From Pachysolen tannophilus NRRL Y-2460 (Eukaryota), in the NCBI GenBank assembly GCA_001661245.1, contig KV454015.1, positions 62,001 to 125,395 of the forward strand: a DNA stretch of 63,395 bases. The letters are read 5' to 3'. Below are positions 22,823 through 33,045 of this stretch, one piece after another. The first letter of the stretch is position 1; the number at the start of each line of letters is the position of its first letter. The notes beneath the pieces were generated by a model. The model saw nothing but the letters and a program-made list of their open reading frames with translations. It had not been told where the DNA came from and did no database searches. Position numbers and translations under genes: made by a program.

Positions 22823-23005
22823 AGTTAATTAAATACGATTAATTAGAAAAATAAATAAATATATAAAACCAAAAGAATTTTAATCTCTTTCTCTTGCTTT
22901 TAATTACCTTAAGTTAGCTACTGGCGGGAAACCAGAAGTAGTGCACTCTTAACTCAAGCAACCGAATTAGGTAATTACACAAGAAAAAAACACGACAAAA
23001 TGTCA

Positions 23006-23049
23006 CAGCCCCTAAGTTTTTTTTCCAAAAAAAAACTAAACAGGGGCTG
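23006..23049. promoter_or_regulatory. Inverted repeat in the RPS9 promoter (Tbf1-like paired sites)
   Basis: CAGCCCCT(23006-13)...AGGGGCTG(23042-49) enclosing T8/A9 tracts. Resembles the paired TAGGGCT sites of non-Saccharomyces RP promoters. Confidence 0.4.
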
Positions 23050-23341
23050 CTATGGTAAATAAATATCAACTGAAAAACTGGGGCTGGATGGTTTAATTTT
23101 AATTTTAAATTTTTTTTTTGGACTTCTATCCGTACTGAAATATTCATTACATCCTATACGTTTGTAGTGCCCAAACGCAGTAAATTACAGAATTGGACGA
23201 AATGAAATCAAAAAAATTTTTCAAACAAAAATTTTTCAAACAAATTTTTCAGTATATAAAATAAACATTTTTTTCCCTTTTTATATTTCAATAAGTTTTT
23301 TTTTCTTTCTTTGTGAATTAAATAGTACTGATCAATTGAAG

Positions 23342-24394
23342 ATGCCAAGTATGTATTAAATGATTACTAAGAACAAATATGATGAAGTAATTAAGAACAT
23401 GACATGTCCATTATAATGATTATAACAGTGACTGTTCATGGAGGTTCGGGTCCTCAAAGAATATCGACATGATATTATATTAGAAGAAAACTATTAAGTT
23501 TTATTGCACTGAATTCCCGACACTTCAGTTGCAAAAAAACCATTTATGGTTTTGTCCAAAGTGAAAAAGGAGAAAAGAAAAGAAAAGAGATGTACGAGAT
23601 TCTATGCGTTGTCGTTAAATTTCTTTTTCTTTTCTTTTTTTTTCTTGAACTATTTGGACAAACCATTATTTGTTTAGTATCTTCTAGTAAAATATCTGTA
23701 GGTAATTAATCTTTGAGTCTAATCTCTATTTTATCTTTATTCTATTGTTTTTTCTAATTCAATATTGAAATTTGAAACTAACAAGATTTTCTCTTTTTTT
23801 TATGTTTAATTAGGAGCTCCAAGAACTTACTCCAAGACTTACTCTGTCCCAAAACGTCCTTACGAATCTGCTCGTTTGGATGCTGAATTAAAATTGGACG
23901 GTGAATATGGTTTAAAAAATAAACATGAAATTTACAGAATTGGTTTCACTTTATCTAAAATTAGAAGAGCTGCTAGAGATTTATTAACCAGAGATGAAAA
24001 AGATCCAAAAAGATTATTCGAAGGTAATGCTTTAATTAGAAGATTAGTTCGTATTGGTGTCTTATCTGAAGATAAGATGAAATTAGATTATGTCTTGGCT
24101 TTAAGAATTGAAGATTTCTTGGAAAGAAGATTACAAACCCAAGTTTTCAAATTAGGTTTAGCTAGATCAATTCATCACGCTAGAGTCTTGATCACTCAAA
24201 GACATATTGCTGTTGGTAAACAAATTGTTAACATTCCATCTTTTATGGTTAGATTAGATTCACAAAAACATATCGATTTCGCTCCAAACTCCCCATACGG
24301 AGGTGGAAGACCAGGTAGAGTTAAGAGAAGAAACCAAGCAAAGGCTGCTGAAGCCGCTAACGAAGGTGGTGAAGAAGCTGAAGAAGAAGAGTAA
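23342..24394 (+). CDS. RPS9: 40S ribosomal protein uS4; exon 1 23342-23348, intron 23349-23813, exon 2 23814-24394
   Basis: ATGCCAA|GTATGT...AACTAAC...TAG|GAGCT splices to [29 protein letters not shown]; the remainder is typical S9. Confidence 0.97.
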
Positions 24395-24701
24395 ATTATT
24401 AACGGCGCTTAATCATTTTGTTTTGTTTTGTTTTTTTTTGTTTTTTTTTGAAAGGGCATGTTTTGTTTTATTATTTTTCATTTTTTTTTTGAATCTTTAT
24501 ATATATATATTTATAAAAGACGAGAAAAAGAGAAAAGAAATAGATTTCAAAAAATTTTTTATTTTTATAAAAATTTGGATATTTGGATTAACGTATTAAA
24601 TTATATTGTAGTTATAATAGCTTTAATCTTCTTATTCTTATTACTATAGTAAAGATAGTTGGTACTAATTAAATTATTATTAGGTATAAAGTAGTGTGTG
24701 A

Positions 24702-24848
24702 AGTGTGCAAAACGGTTCAAGGATGTATGTGGTTTCAACCATTAGAGCGGGTTCCGGGATTCGCTGGCTCTCGGTTTCTCAAGCTAAAGTCCTGGCAGGT
24801 TGTTGGGCTCTCTGCCGAACTCCGGCGAGTTCACACTCTTTTTTTTTT
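24702..24848 (+). ncRNA. Candidate structured non-coding RNA, unidentified
   Basis: GC-rich island with abutting helices, G-U pairs that work only on the + strand, upstream TATAAA (24685-90) and a T10 run (24839-48). Confidence 0.55.
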
Positions 24849-25198
24849 GTTGATACGGTTTAACTCTATATAGGGTACACAACCCTAAATGTAAATGTAA
24901 TTTCATACTTTAGTTCTATTAATTTCTAGTATTTCCAAAATAGGAAATACTATTCTTTACTACTTCTAACATATCTCAAAAAATGTGACAGTGAAAAATT
25001 ACTCATACAAAAACATTGGTTTGGTTCAGAAAACACGACTTTCTTTAATTTATTTCTTTTCTCATCAAAGAAAGGAAAAAAAAAATTTACACCAAAAACC
25101 TTTCAGGGAAGAAGAAATACCTTGGTACACAATTTGTATATTATTAATATTTTTTAATAAAAAAAAAAAAAAAAAAAAAAAAAGAGTTTTAATTTTAA

Positions 25199-25792
25199 NN
25201 NNNNNNNNNNNNNNNNNNNNNNNNNNNNNNNNNNNNNNNNNNNNNNNNNNNNNNNNNNNNNNNNNNNNNNNNNNNNNNNNNNNNNNNNNNNNNNNNNNNN
25301 NNNNNNNNNNNNNNNNNNNNNNNNNNNNNNNNNNNNNNNNNNNNNNNNNNNNNNNNNNNNNNNNNNNNNNNNNNNNNNNNNNNNNNNNNNNNNNNNNNNN
25401 NNNNNNNNNNNNNNNNNNNNNNNNNNNNNNNNNNNNNNNNNNNNNNNNNNNNNNNNNNNNNNNNNNNNNNNNNNNNNNNNNNNNNNNNNNNNNNNNNNNN
25501 NNNNNNNNNNNNNNNNNNNNNNNNNNNNNNNNNNNNNNNNNNNNNNNNNNNNNNNNNNNNNNNNNNNNNNNNNNNNNNNNNNNNNNNNNNNNNNNNNNNN
25601 NNNNNNNNNNNNNNNNNNNNNNNNNNNNNNNNNNNNNNNNNNNNNNNNNNNNNNNNNNNNNNNNNNNNNNNNNNNNNNNNNNNNNNNNNNNNNNNNNNNN
25701 NNNNNNNNNNNNNNNNNNNNNNNNNNNNNNNNNNNNNNNNNNNNNNNNNNNNNNNNNNNNNNNNNNNNNNNNNNNNNNNNNNNNNNNNNNNN
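25199..25792. other. Assembly gap (N run)
   Basis: 594 Ns. Confidence 1.
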
Positions 25793-26044
<252 letters not shown>

Positions 26045-26312
26045 TTTTGCTTCTTCTCTTCTTTTATTCTTTTCTTCTGCTCTCTGTCTCTGTTCATCAC
26101 TTTAGGATAACTGTTTGATAGAGACTTGAATATTGATTAGTCAGATCCATTCTTTTGTTGGTTTTCTTATTTGTCTCGGTCTTATATATATATTATATGT
26201 TTTAATTTGGGCCTCGAGGTTGAGTGTTTTTAATAGTATCACCAGAATACCTGAAATATTTTAATCTATAAAACTTGTACATAGCAGAAAACCAAGTTAT
26301 TTTAAACTAATA

Positions 26313-27431
26313 ATGAGCCATAAACAAAGTCAGGGAGGAAGTCAAGGACAAAATCAAGGTCAGAGATTCCAAAATTTGGAACAAGATATTGAAGCATCGA
26401 TAAATGATCTAGGTAGTGATGAAAAAGCATTAAGCTTTAATAGATCAGATATAATAACTGAAACAAAAAAAATTCCACAAAAAGAGATTAAACCATGGGT
26501 TCATTTTGTTGCAGGTGGTATAGGAGGCATGGCAGGTGCTATATTCACTTGTCCATTGGATGTTGTTAAAACAAGATTACAATCAAGTGTTTATAGAAAT
26601 GCATATAAATCAACTTATACATCTTCAAATATTTTTCTTCAACTGACTGGCCATTTAAAAGAAACTTGCTCAATAATATATAATGTTTATCAAATAGAAG
26701 GTGTTAGATCTTTATTTAAAGGTTTAGGTCCAAATTTAGTTGGTGTTATCCCAGCAAGATCAATAAATTTTTTCACTTATGGATTGGGTAAAGATTTCTT
26801 GGTTCATAATTTCTTTAATGGACAAGAAAATTCATTGGTACATTTACTTGCAGCAGTTAATGCAGGAATTGTTACTTCAACAGCAACAAACCCGATATGG
26901 TTGGTCAAGACAAGATTACAATTGGATAAAAATACATCAAAAGAGTATAAAAATTCTTTAGATTGTATTAAAAAAGTTCTTAAACAAGAAGGTATTGCAG
27001 GATTATATAAAGGATTAACTGCTTCATATTTAGGTTCTGCCGAATCAACTTTACAATGGGTCTTGTATGAACAAATGAAAAGAATGATTCATCAAAGATC
27101 TCTTAGGCATGAACTGTCTGGGAATAAACGTACAAATTGGGATTCATTCATGGAATGGGGTGCAAGATCAGGTGCTGCAGGTGCAGCCAAATTCATAGCA
27201 AGTATTATTACTTATCCACATGAAGTGATACGTACAAGATTGAGACAAGCTCCTTTAAAAGAAGGAAATAAACCTAAATATACTGGGTTGATGCAATGTT
27301 TCAGATTGGTTGTCAAAGAAGAAGGCTTACTGTCAATGTATGGTGGATTAACTCCACATTTAATGAGAACCGTTCCTAATAGTATCATTATGTTTGGAAC
27401 ATGGGAAATTTTTACAAAGTTGTTGTCATGA
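26313..27431 (+). CDS. RIM2: Mitochondrial pyrimidine nucleotide carrier
   Basis: Three Px(D/E/W)xx(K/R)TRL carrier repeats; KPWVHFVAGG, NPIWLVKTRLQLD and GLTPHLMRTVPN. Confidence 0.94.
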   Translation: MSHKQSQGGSQGQNQGQRFQNLEQDIEASINDLGSDEKALSFNRSDIITETKKIPQKEIKPWVHFVAGGIGGMAGAIFTCPLDVVKTRLQSSVYRNAYKSTYTSSNIFLQLTGHLKETCSIIYNVYQIEGVRSLFKGLGPNLVGVIPARSINFFTYGLGKDFLVHNFFNGQENSLVHLLAAVNAGIVTSTATNPIWLVKTRLQLDKNTSKEYKNSLDCIKKVLKQEGIAGLYKGLTASYLGSAESTLQWVLYEQMKRMIHQRSLRHELSGNKRTNWDSFMEWGARSGAAGAAKFIASIITYPHEVIRTRLRQAPLKEGNKPKYTGLMQCFRLVVKEEGLLSMYGGLTPHLMRTVPNSIIMFGTWEIFTKLLS

Positions 27432-27483
27432 AAGGTTAAAACTACATTTGAGGATTGGTCATTGATCATATATATATAAATAT

Positions 27484-27514
<31 letters not shown>

Positions 27515-27579
27515 AATACAACATTAATGCTTCTTGTCTATAGTACATAATATATATATATTTATACGATGTGATGATT

Positions 27580-28344
27580 TTAAGGTCTTGGGTCTACTCC
27601 TTGGTAGATAAATCTGTATATTTCGTTAACACTAAATCCACCTATTGGTCCTGGAGCTCCAGGTATTCCTAAAGTTTCTTGTTTACCTTGGGACCAATCT
27701 GTTTCTCCAAATTCACGTTTAAATTTTTGATCATTTTCAGAAGATATACCTTTATTAACTTCTTCCGTTGTTCTATAACCTTGAAATACGTAATTACTAA
27801 TTTCTTCTTCAATGATTTTTAAACACATTGTACAAAATTGATCATCTCTTATAAAATCAATTTTGTTATCATTATGATTCATCTTTTCATAATTTTCATT
27901 AATCCAATTCTCAACTTCAGGAAGTTTTTTCCTACGTAACAACGTAGTTAATAAATTTTCTTCTTGTGATGTTGGGAAATTTGGTAATGGATATACATTG
28001 GTAGAATTTAATATTGAATAATTTGCATCTGAAGTTAATGATAAAGATGTTAATTGTGAAAGTATGACATTGAATTGATTCTGCAAAGAGGGCCATTGCA
28101 ACAATAACGCCGACAAAGATGACGATGAAGACGATGAAGATGCTTGTTGCTGCTGTTGTTGTTGCTGTTGCTGTTGTTGAGGTTGAGTTATTTCTTTATG
28201 TAATTTTGCAAGTGAATGTGTCAACTGAGTGAGCCTTAACCTTAACGACTCTAAAGCTTCTACTGGAACATTAGAGAAATCTGGCAACGGCTGTTGCTGT
28301 TGCAAATCTTGCGGTTGCAGCGGTTGCTGGGACTGGCTATTCAT
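27580..28344 (-). CDS. MED8: Mediator subunit Med8
   Basis: ATG at 28344. DFS.VP..ALESLRLRL.QLTHSL, W.SLQ.QFNVILSQL and VYPLP.FP...E.LLTTLLR.K..PEV. Confidence 0.92.
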   Translation of the reverse strand: MNSQSQQPLQPQDLQQQQPLPDFSNVPVEALESLRLRLTQLTHSLAKLHKEITQPQQQQQQQQQQQQASSSSSSSSLSALLLQWPSLQNQFNVILSQLTSLSLTSDANYSILNSTNVYPLPNFPTSQEENLLTTLLRRKKLPEVENWINENYEKMNHNDNKIDFIRDDQFCTMCLKIIEEEISNYVFQGYRTTEEVNKGISSENDQKFKREFGETDWSQGKQETLGIPGAPGPIGGFSVNEIYRFIYQGVDPRP

Positions 28345-28516
28345 CTTTGAATCTTTATTAAATATAAAAATTTTATAAATATATATATAAATATATAAAT
28401 ATATATTTAGGTTGTATTTTCTTAATTTTTTTTTTTTTATTCTTTTCTTATTTTTATTTTCAATTTTATTCAATTTTGAAGTTTTTAAAATTTTTTTTTA
28501 TTTTAAAGATAATATT

Positions 28517-29011
28517 ATGAAGAACGATTTGAACCCAGTAGAGCTGGAAAGACGGAAGGCGAAACAAAAAGATATTAGAAAGAATAAGAGAAAGAATCTT
28601 GCTGGCAAGAATAAAAAAGATGGAGAAGAAGATATAAGATCAAGAGAAAATAGGAGAGAACAAGAAGAGAAAAATAATGAAAAAGATAAAGATATAAAAC
28701 TTGGAAGTAAATCAATTTTTTATGATCCTGAATGGAATCCATATGGTACAGTGCCCGAGAAGTATCTGAATAAATATCCTAATTTAAGGTATTTCCCATC
28801 GAAGAAGCAAAAATCAGAGATTGTAAAATTAGATATAGCATTACCATTAGATGATCCACCAATTTTTTATAAATTAGATTCTTCTATTATCAATAATAAA
28901 GTTTCCATGTCAAATGCACATGAATTGGAACAGGAAGAGCTTGCAAAAGAGAAATTACAGAAAAGTCTTGTACCTATTAGTGTTTTAAATAAAAAAAGAA
29001 AGATAAAGTAG
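28517..29011 (+). CDS. Wbp11-domain protein (Aim4-like)
   Basis: ATG at 28517. LNPVE(A)ERRKAKQKDIRKNK N-terminus and G.KSIFYDPEWNPYG..P motif. Divergent from MED8, like AIM4. Confidence 0.7.
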   Translation: MKNDLNPVELERRKAKQKDIRKNKRKNLAGKNKKDGEEDIRSRENRREQEEKNNEKDKDIKLGSKSIFYDPEWNPYGTVPEKYLNKYPNLRYFPSKKQKSEIVKLDIALPLDDPPIFYKLDSSIINNKVSMSNAHELEQEELAKEKLQKSLVPISVLNKKRKIK

Positions 29012-29202
29012 GTAAAAACGTATCATTTCATTTATAATTGGAAAAGAAAAGAACAGATGAAAAAAAAAAAAAAAAAAGAAAAGAAGTAAGACATGAAAGT
29101 TGTTCGATAATAAAAGAAATTTAAAAGTAAACTTATAAACTATTCTTTTGTATAATTTTTTTTCTATTTTCTTTATTTTAAAAAATCAAAAAGAAGAAAA
29201 AT

Positions 29203-29907
29203 TTATTGTTTAAAAACTTTTTCAATTTCATCAACTGCTTGGAGTAAAACTCTTTCTTGGAATTTTGGATTACCAACTTCTTTTTCAACGTTTGCAATAA
29301 CTGTAGCAGCCAATTGTTGTTGTTCTGCTTGTCTAAGGTTATTTTCATGTCTAACCCATGATTCCAAAACAGATTTTGCTTCAGCTGCCAATGCAACTTT
29401 TTGTTTTAATTCAAATGCTTCAGCTTCTAATTGAGCTGTTTCTTTTGAAATTTCAAATAAAGTCTTTGTAGTAGCAACAACATCTTTTAAATTAGTAACT
29501 TGATCAATTCTACTTTGAACAGCTTCAACATGTTTTGATCTTGAAGAATTTAAAATATCAACAATACTTTTAATAGTAGATGAAGCCCATTCTCCATAAA
29601 GAGGAGCAAGAACTCTTGAACACATGGCAACAAAACCTGTAAAAGTAATCAACAACATTGCTTCATCATTAAAGACAAAAAGTCCATTAGAAACTGCATA
29701 AACAGCAGCAGCAGTAGATGTAGCCAAGATACCTGTCTTAGATAAAGCAGAATTCCCTGGAAGAGCATCAATAATCGAATTAGCCTTTGTCTTTGGATCT
29801 ACCGGAGTAGATAAATAACGAATACCAATTGGGGTAATTGGTGCAATTGATCTATTCAATTGCATAGAAATTGGACGAATAGCCCTTAATGATAACCTAG
29901 AACTCAT
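29203..29907 (-). CDS. ATP4: F1Fo ATP synthase subunit b
   Basis: DPKTKANSIIDALPGN..LSKTGILAT and EAKSVLESWVRHE. Confidence 0.96.
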   Translation of the reverse strand: MSSRLSLRAIRPISMQLNRSIAPITPIGIRYLSTPVDPKTKANSIIDALPGNSALSKTGILATSTAAAVYAVSNGLFVFNDEAMLLITFTGFVAMCSRVLAPLYGEWASSTIKSIVDILNSSRSKHVEAVQSRIDQVTNLKDVVATTKTLFEISKETAQLEAEAFELKQKVALAAEAKSVLESWVRHENNLRQAEQQQLAATVIANVEKEVGNPKFQERVLLQAVDEIEKVFKQ

Positions 29908-30290
29908 ACTTATTATTTTTAAAACAATTGATTGATTAATTTCAAGGAATATTATTTAAGAAAACTTTTTTTTTTTAAAACAAAAGAAAGAAAAAAAGAA
30001 AAAAAATTTAAATAAATAAATACAATTTCTTTTTCTTTTTAATTAATTTGGTAAAAATTATTAAATCTCAATTTTTATAACTATATCAATTATTATATTA
30101 TATTATATTATATTAAATTTTAATAGATTTTATTATATCGGCGTTTTAAAACTTTTTTTTTTTCCTTTTTAAAAATTTGTTGATATTTCATTGGGTTATT
30201 GCTGACCCGGTGAAAATGAATGTATACAAGCAAATTGGCAGATACTAAAAAAAGACAAAAAAAAGGGAAAACGAGGAAAAAAAGAATACG

Positions 30291-30425
30291 TGGTGCAGGA
30301 AGTGGTGCAGATTCTGGTGTAAGGTGTTTTTGTTTATGGTGTAGGATGCGAGTGACAAACTTGGTGTAAGATGTGTCATTTATGGTGTAGTGTGTGGTGT
30401 AGTGTGTGGTGCAATGTGTGGTGCA
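30291..30425 (+). repeat. Array of nine TGGTG(C/T)A motifs in the ATP4/ERG20 divergent promoter
   Basis: Copies at 30291, 30303, 30315, 30337, 30362, 30383, 30395, 30407 and 30419; many are 12 nt apart. Confidence 0.8.
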
Positions 30426-30578
30426 GGATTAGTAGTGTATTTTTCAAATAGAAAACACAGTTTTCCGTTTTTAAACTCTTTGGTAAGTGCACGCACTACA
30501 ATTGTTTTCATTTCTAATTTTTTTCATAGCTTTCACTCGTAATGTAGTGGTTTGGTGGTATTGATCGTTCTTGTACTC

Positions 30579-30585
30579 TCGTATA
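30579..30585 (+). promoter_or_regulatory. Sterol regulatory element (Upc2/Ecm22 site TCGTATA)
   Basis: Exact TCGTATA about 190 bp upstream of ERG20. Confidence 0.55.
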
Positions 30586-30773
30586 GTAGAAAGGAAAAAA
30601 AATAAATAAATAAAATAAAAAGTTCCTTTTCATTTTTATTTGTTTTCTTTTTTTTTTTTTTTTTTTTATTTTTTTAACTAAAGAAAAATTATTTTGTTTT
30701 CTACTCTTTTCTTTTTTTTTTTTTTTTTTTTGGTGTTTTATCTCAATTAATTAAAAGTGTTAAAGTTATCAAG

Positions 30774-31829
30774 ATGGATAAGAATTTAGCAAAGGAAAAA
30801 TTTCTTCAAGAATTCCCAGATTTAGTTGATGAATTGGAACAATTGGTACGGAGTTATGGTATGCCAGAAGATGCTATTGATTGGTTTAAAAAATCATTAA
30901 ATTATAATACTCCTGGTGGTAAATTAAACAGAGGTATATCTGTTGTTGACACTTATTTGATTTTAAAAGGTTTAAATCATTATGATGAAATTCCACCACT
31001 TGAATTTAAAAAAATTTCTCTTTTAGGTTGGTGTATTGAATTATTACAAGCTTATTTTCTTGTTGCTGATGATATGATGGATAAATCAATTACAAGAAGA
31101 GGACAACCTTGTTGGTATAAAGTTGAAAATGTTGGTGATATTGCAATCAATGATTCTTTTATGTTAGAAGGTGCAATTTATATGCTTTTAAAAAATCATT
31201 TTAAAAAAGATTCATATTATTCAGATTTATTAGATTTATTTCATGAAATTACTTTTAAAACAGAATTAGGTCAATTATTAGATTTAATTACGGCACCCGA
31301 AGATCATGTTGATTTATCAAAATTTTCTTTACAAAAACATTCATTTATTGTTATATATAAGACAGCATATTATTCATTTTTTTTACCTGTAGCATTAGCA
31401 ATGATTGTATGTGGTTTAAATAATGAAAAAGATATGAAACAAGCACATGATCTTCTTATCCCATTAGGTGAATATTTCCAAATTCAAGATGATTACCTTG
31501 ATTGTTTTGGTAAACCAGAAGATATTGGTAAAATTGGTACTGATATTCAAGATAATAAATGTTCATGGGTTGTTAATACAGCTTTAAAAATTTGTAATAA
31601 TGAACAAAGATCTATATTGGATAAAAATTATGGTATTAAATCAAATGAAAATGAAAAAATTGTTAAAGATTTATTTAATGAATTAAAAATTGATCAAATT
31701 TATTTAAATTATGAACAAGATTTTGTTACAGATTTAAAATTGAAAATTGATAAAATTGATGAAAGTAGAGGATTTAAAAAACAAGTTATAACTTCATTTT
31801 TAAATAAAATTTACAAGCGTCAAAAATAA
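30774..31829 (+). CDS. ERG20: Farnesyl diphosphate synthase
   Basis: GGKLNRG, first Asp-rich motif DDMMD, RRGQPCW and second motif FQIQDDYLD. Confidence 0.98.
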   Translation: MDKNLAKEKFLQEFPDLVDELEQLVRSYGMPEDAIDWFKKSLNYNTPGGKLNRGISVVDTYLILKGLNHYDEIPPLEFKKISLLGWCIELLQAYFLVADDMMDKSITRRGQPCWYKVENVGDIAINDSFMLEGAIYMLLKNHFKKDSYYSDLLDLFHEITFKTELGQLLDLITAPEDHVDLSKFSLQKHSFIVIYKTAYYSFFLPVALAMIVCGLNNEKDMKQAHDLLIPLGEYFQIQDDYLDCFGKPEDIGKIGTDIQDNKCSWVVNTALKICNNEQRSILDKNYGIKSNENEKIVKDLFNELKIDQIYLNYEQDFVTDLKLKIDKIDESRGFKKQVITSFLNKIYKRQK

Positions 31830-32040
31830 AATATTAAATAATAAATAATAAAACTTATAGCTTTTTATACAATATTCAAAAAAATTTATTTTATTTTATT
31901 TTTTTTTTCTTTAGAAATAAAAAAGTATAAATATAAATATATATATATATATATATATATTAATTTGGAAGGTTCTTTTTTTTTTTTTTTTATACATGTA
32001 AATATTTGCAAAATGTGCCAAACATGTTGCTTTAGTTCTA

Positions 32041-32429
32041 TTAGACGTTAACTCTTTCTAATTCTTCTCTACCAGCCTTGGTATATAAATATTCATTATA
32101 ATCTCTAGCCTTTGCCCAAATATTCCAAACAATTATACCTGGAATAACAATATACAAAACTTGTGATCTAGTTCTTCTCCAAGTATTGAAAACAGCTTTT
32201 TCCAAAGAACCTCTCAAAGGATCTTGAGCAAATGGAGAAACTGCATAAGTTGTGATACCTTTTTGTGGTGGAGATCCTAAAAAAAATGAAAAAAAATAAA
32301 TTTAAAAATAAACTTGTTAGTATAAAAAACAATCTCAATACATCATAAATATATATATATATAATCATCTTTCCACATACCCATTGAACCCCACCAGCCC
32401 ATATATGCATTAGCGCCGTGTCCACCCAT
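32041..32429 (-). CDS. QCR8: Cytochrome bc1 subunit 8; exon 1 32429-32381, intron 32380-32277, exon 2 32276-32041; 94 aa
   Basis: Missed by the ORF track. GTATGT...TACTAAC...TAG intron; spliced product [34 protein letters not shown]...NEYLYTKAGREELERVNV. Confidence 0.96.
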
Positions 32430-33045
32430 TTTTAATATAATTGATGGTCTATAAATTTAACTCTTAAAAAAGATTTTTAAAAAATTAAATTATATATATA
32501 TATATTTATATATATATACATATAGTTAAAATGATATAGTACTTTTAAAATTTCTTCGTCTCTTTTTTCTTTTTTTTTTTTTTTTTTGGCCTTATATTAC
32601 TTGAGCAAAAATTAACGAAATAGGATTGGTTGAAATTGGTAGTGGCAACAAAGAACAAAAAAGAACCAGAACGGATAAGCTGGGCTTAAAATACACTACT
32701 TAGTTTTTTTTTTTTTGTTTTCGTTTTCAACATTAGGAAGTAGTGCACGTAGACATAATCCTGAAACAGAAAATTATATTACAATTATACACTACCTTCT
32801 TTAGAATGGAAAGAAATAAAAAAAAACAAAAAAAAAAAAAAAGGAAAAGAATCGAGTTTCCCTTTTGAGACATTAGGGGGCGATTTGAACTAGGACTTTC
32901 TTTTTCTTAATTTTTTTGATTTATTTTCTGGGGCGGTTTTTAGAATGTATAGAGGAAGTTTTTAATGTGGGATTTTTTTTTATTTTTAATAAAATATTAG
33001 TTAAATTGTAATCCTTTATCTATATTCTGTACTCCATATAGAGAG

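Noticed and set aside
23379..23512. C/D snoRNA in the RPS9 intron (ATGATGA ... CTGA)
   Set aside because: No terminal stem, no rRNA-complementary guide recognised, and the CTGA is sequestered in a hairpin stem.
24720..24810. SRP RNA or RNase MRP as the identity of the structured island
   Set aside because: The 5' end only loosely resembles the SRP Alu start and there is no helix-8 motif; the AGTCC/GGGCT P4-like pair is far too close; the length is too short for either.
30291..30425. CRISPR-like reading of the spaced repeats
   Set aside because: Eukaryotic DNA, 7-nt motifs with very short spacers and no cas genes.
32168..32425. 85-aa ORF
   Set aside because: Out-of-frame read-through of the spliced QCR8 gene.
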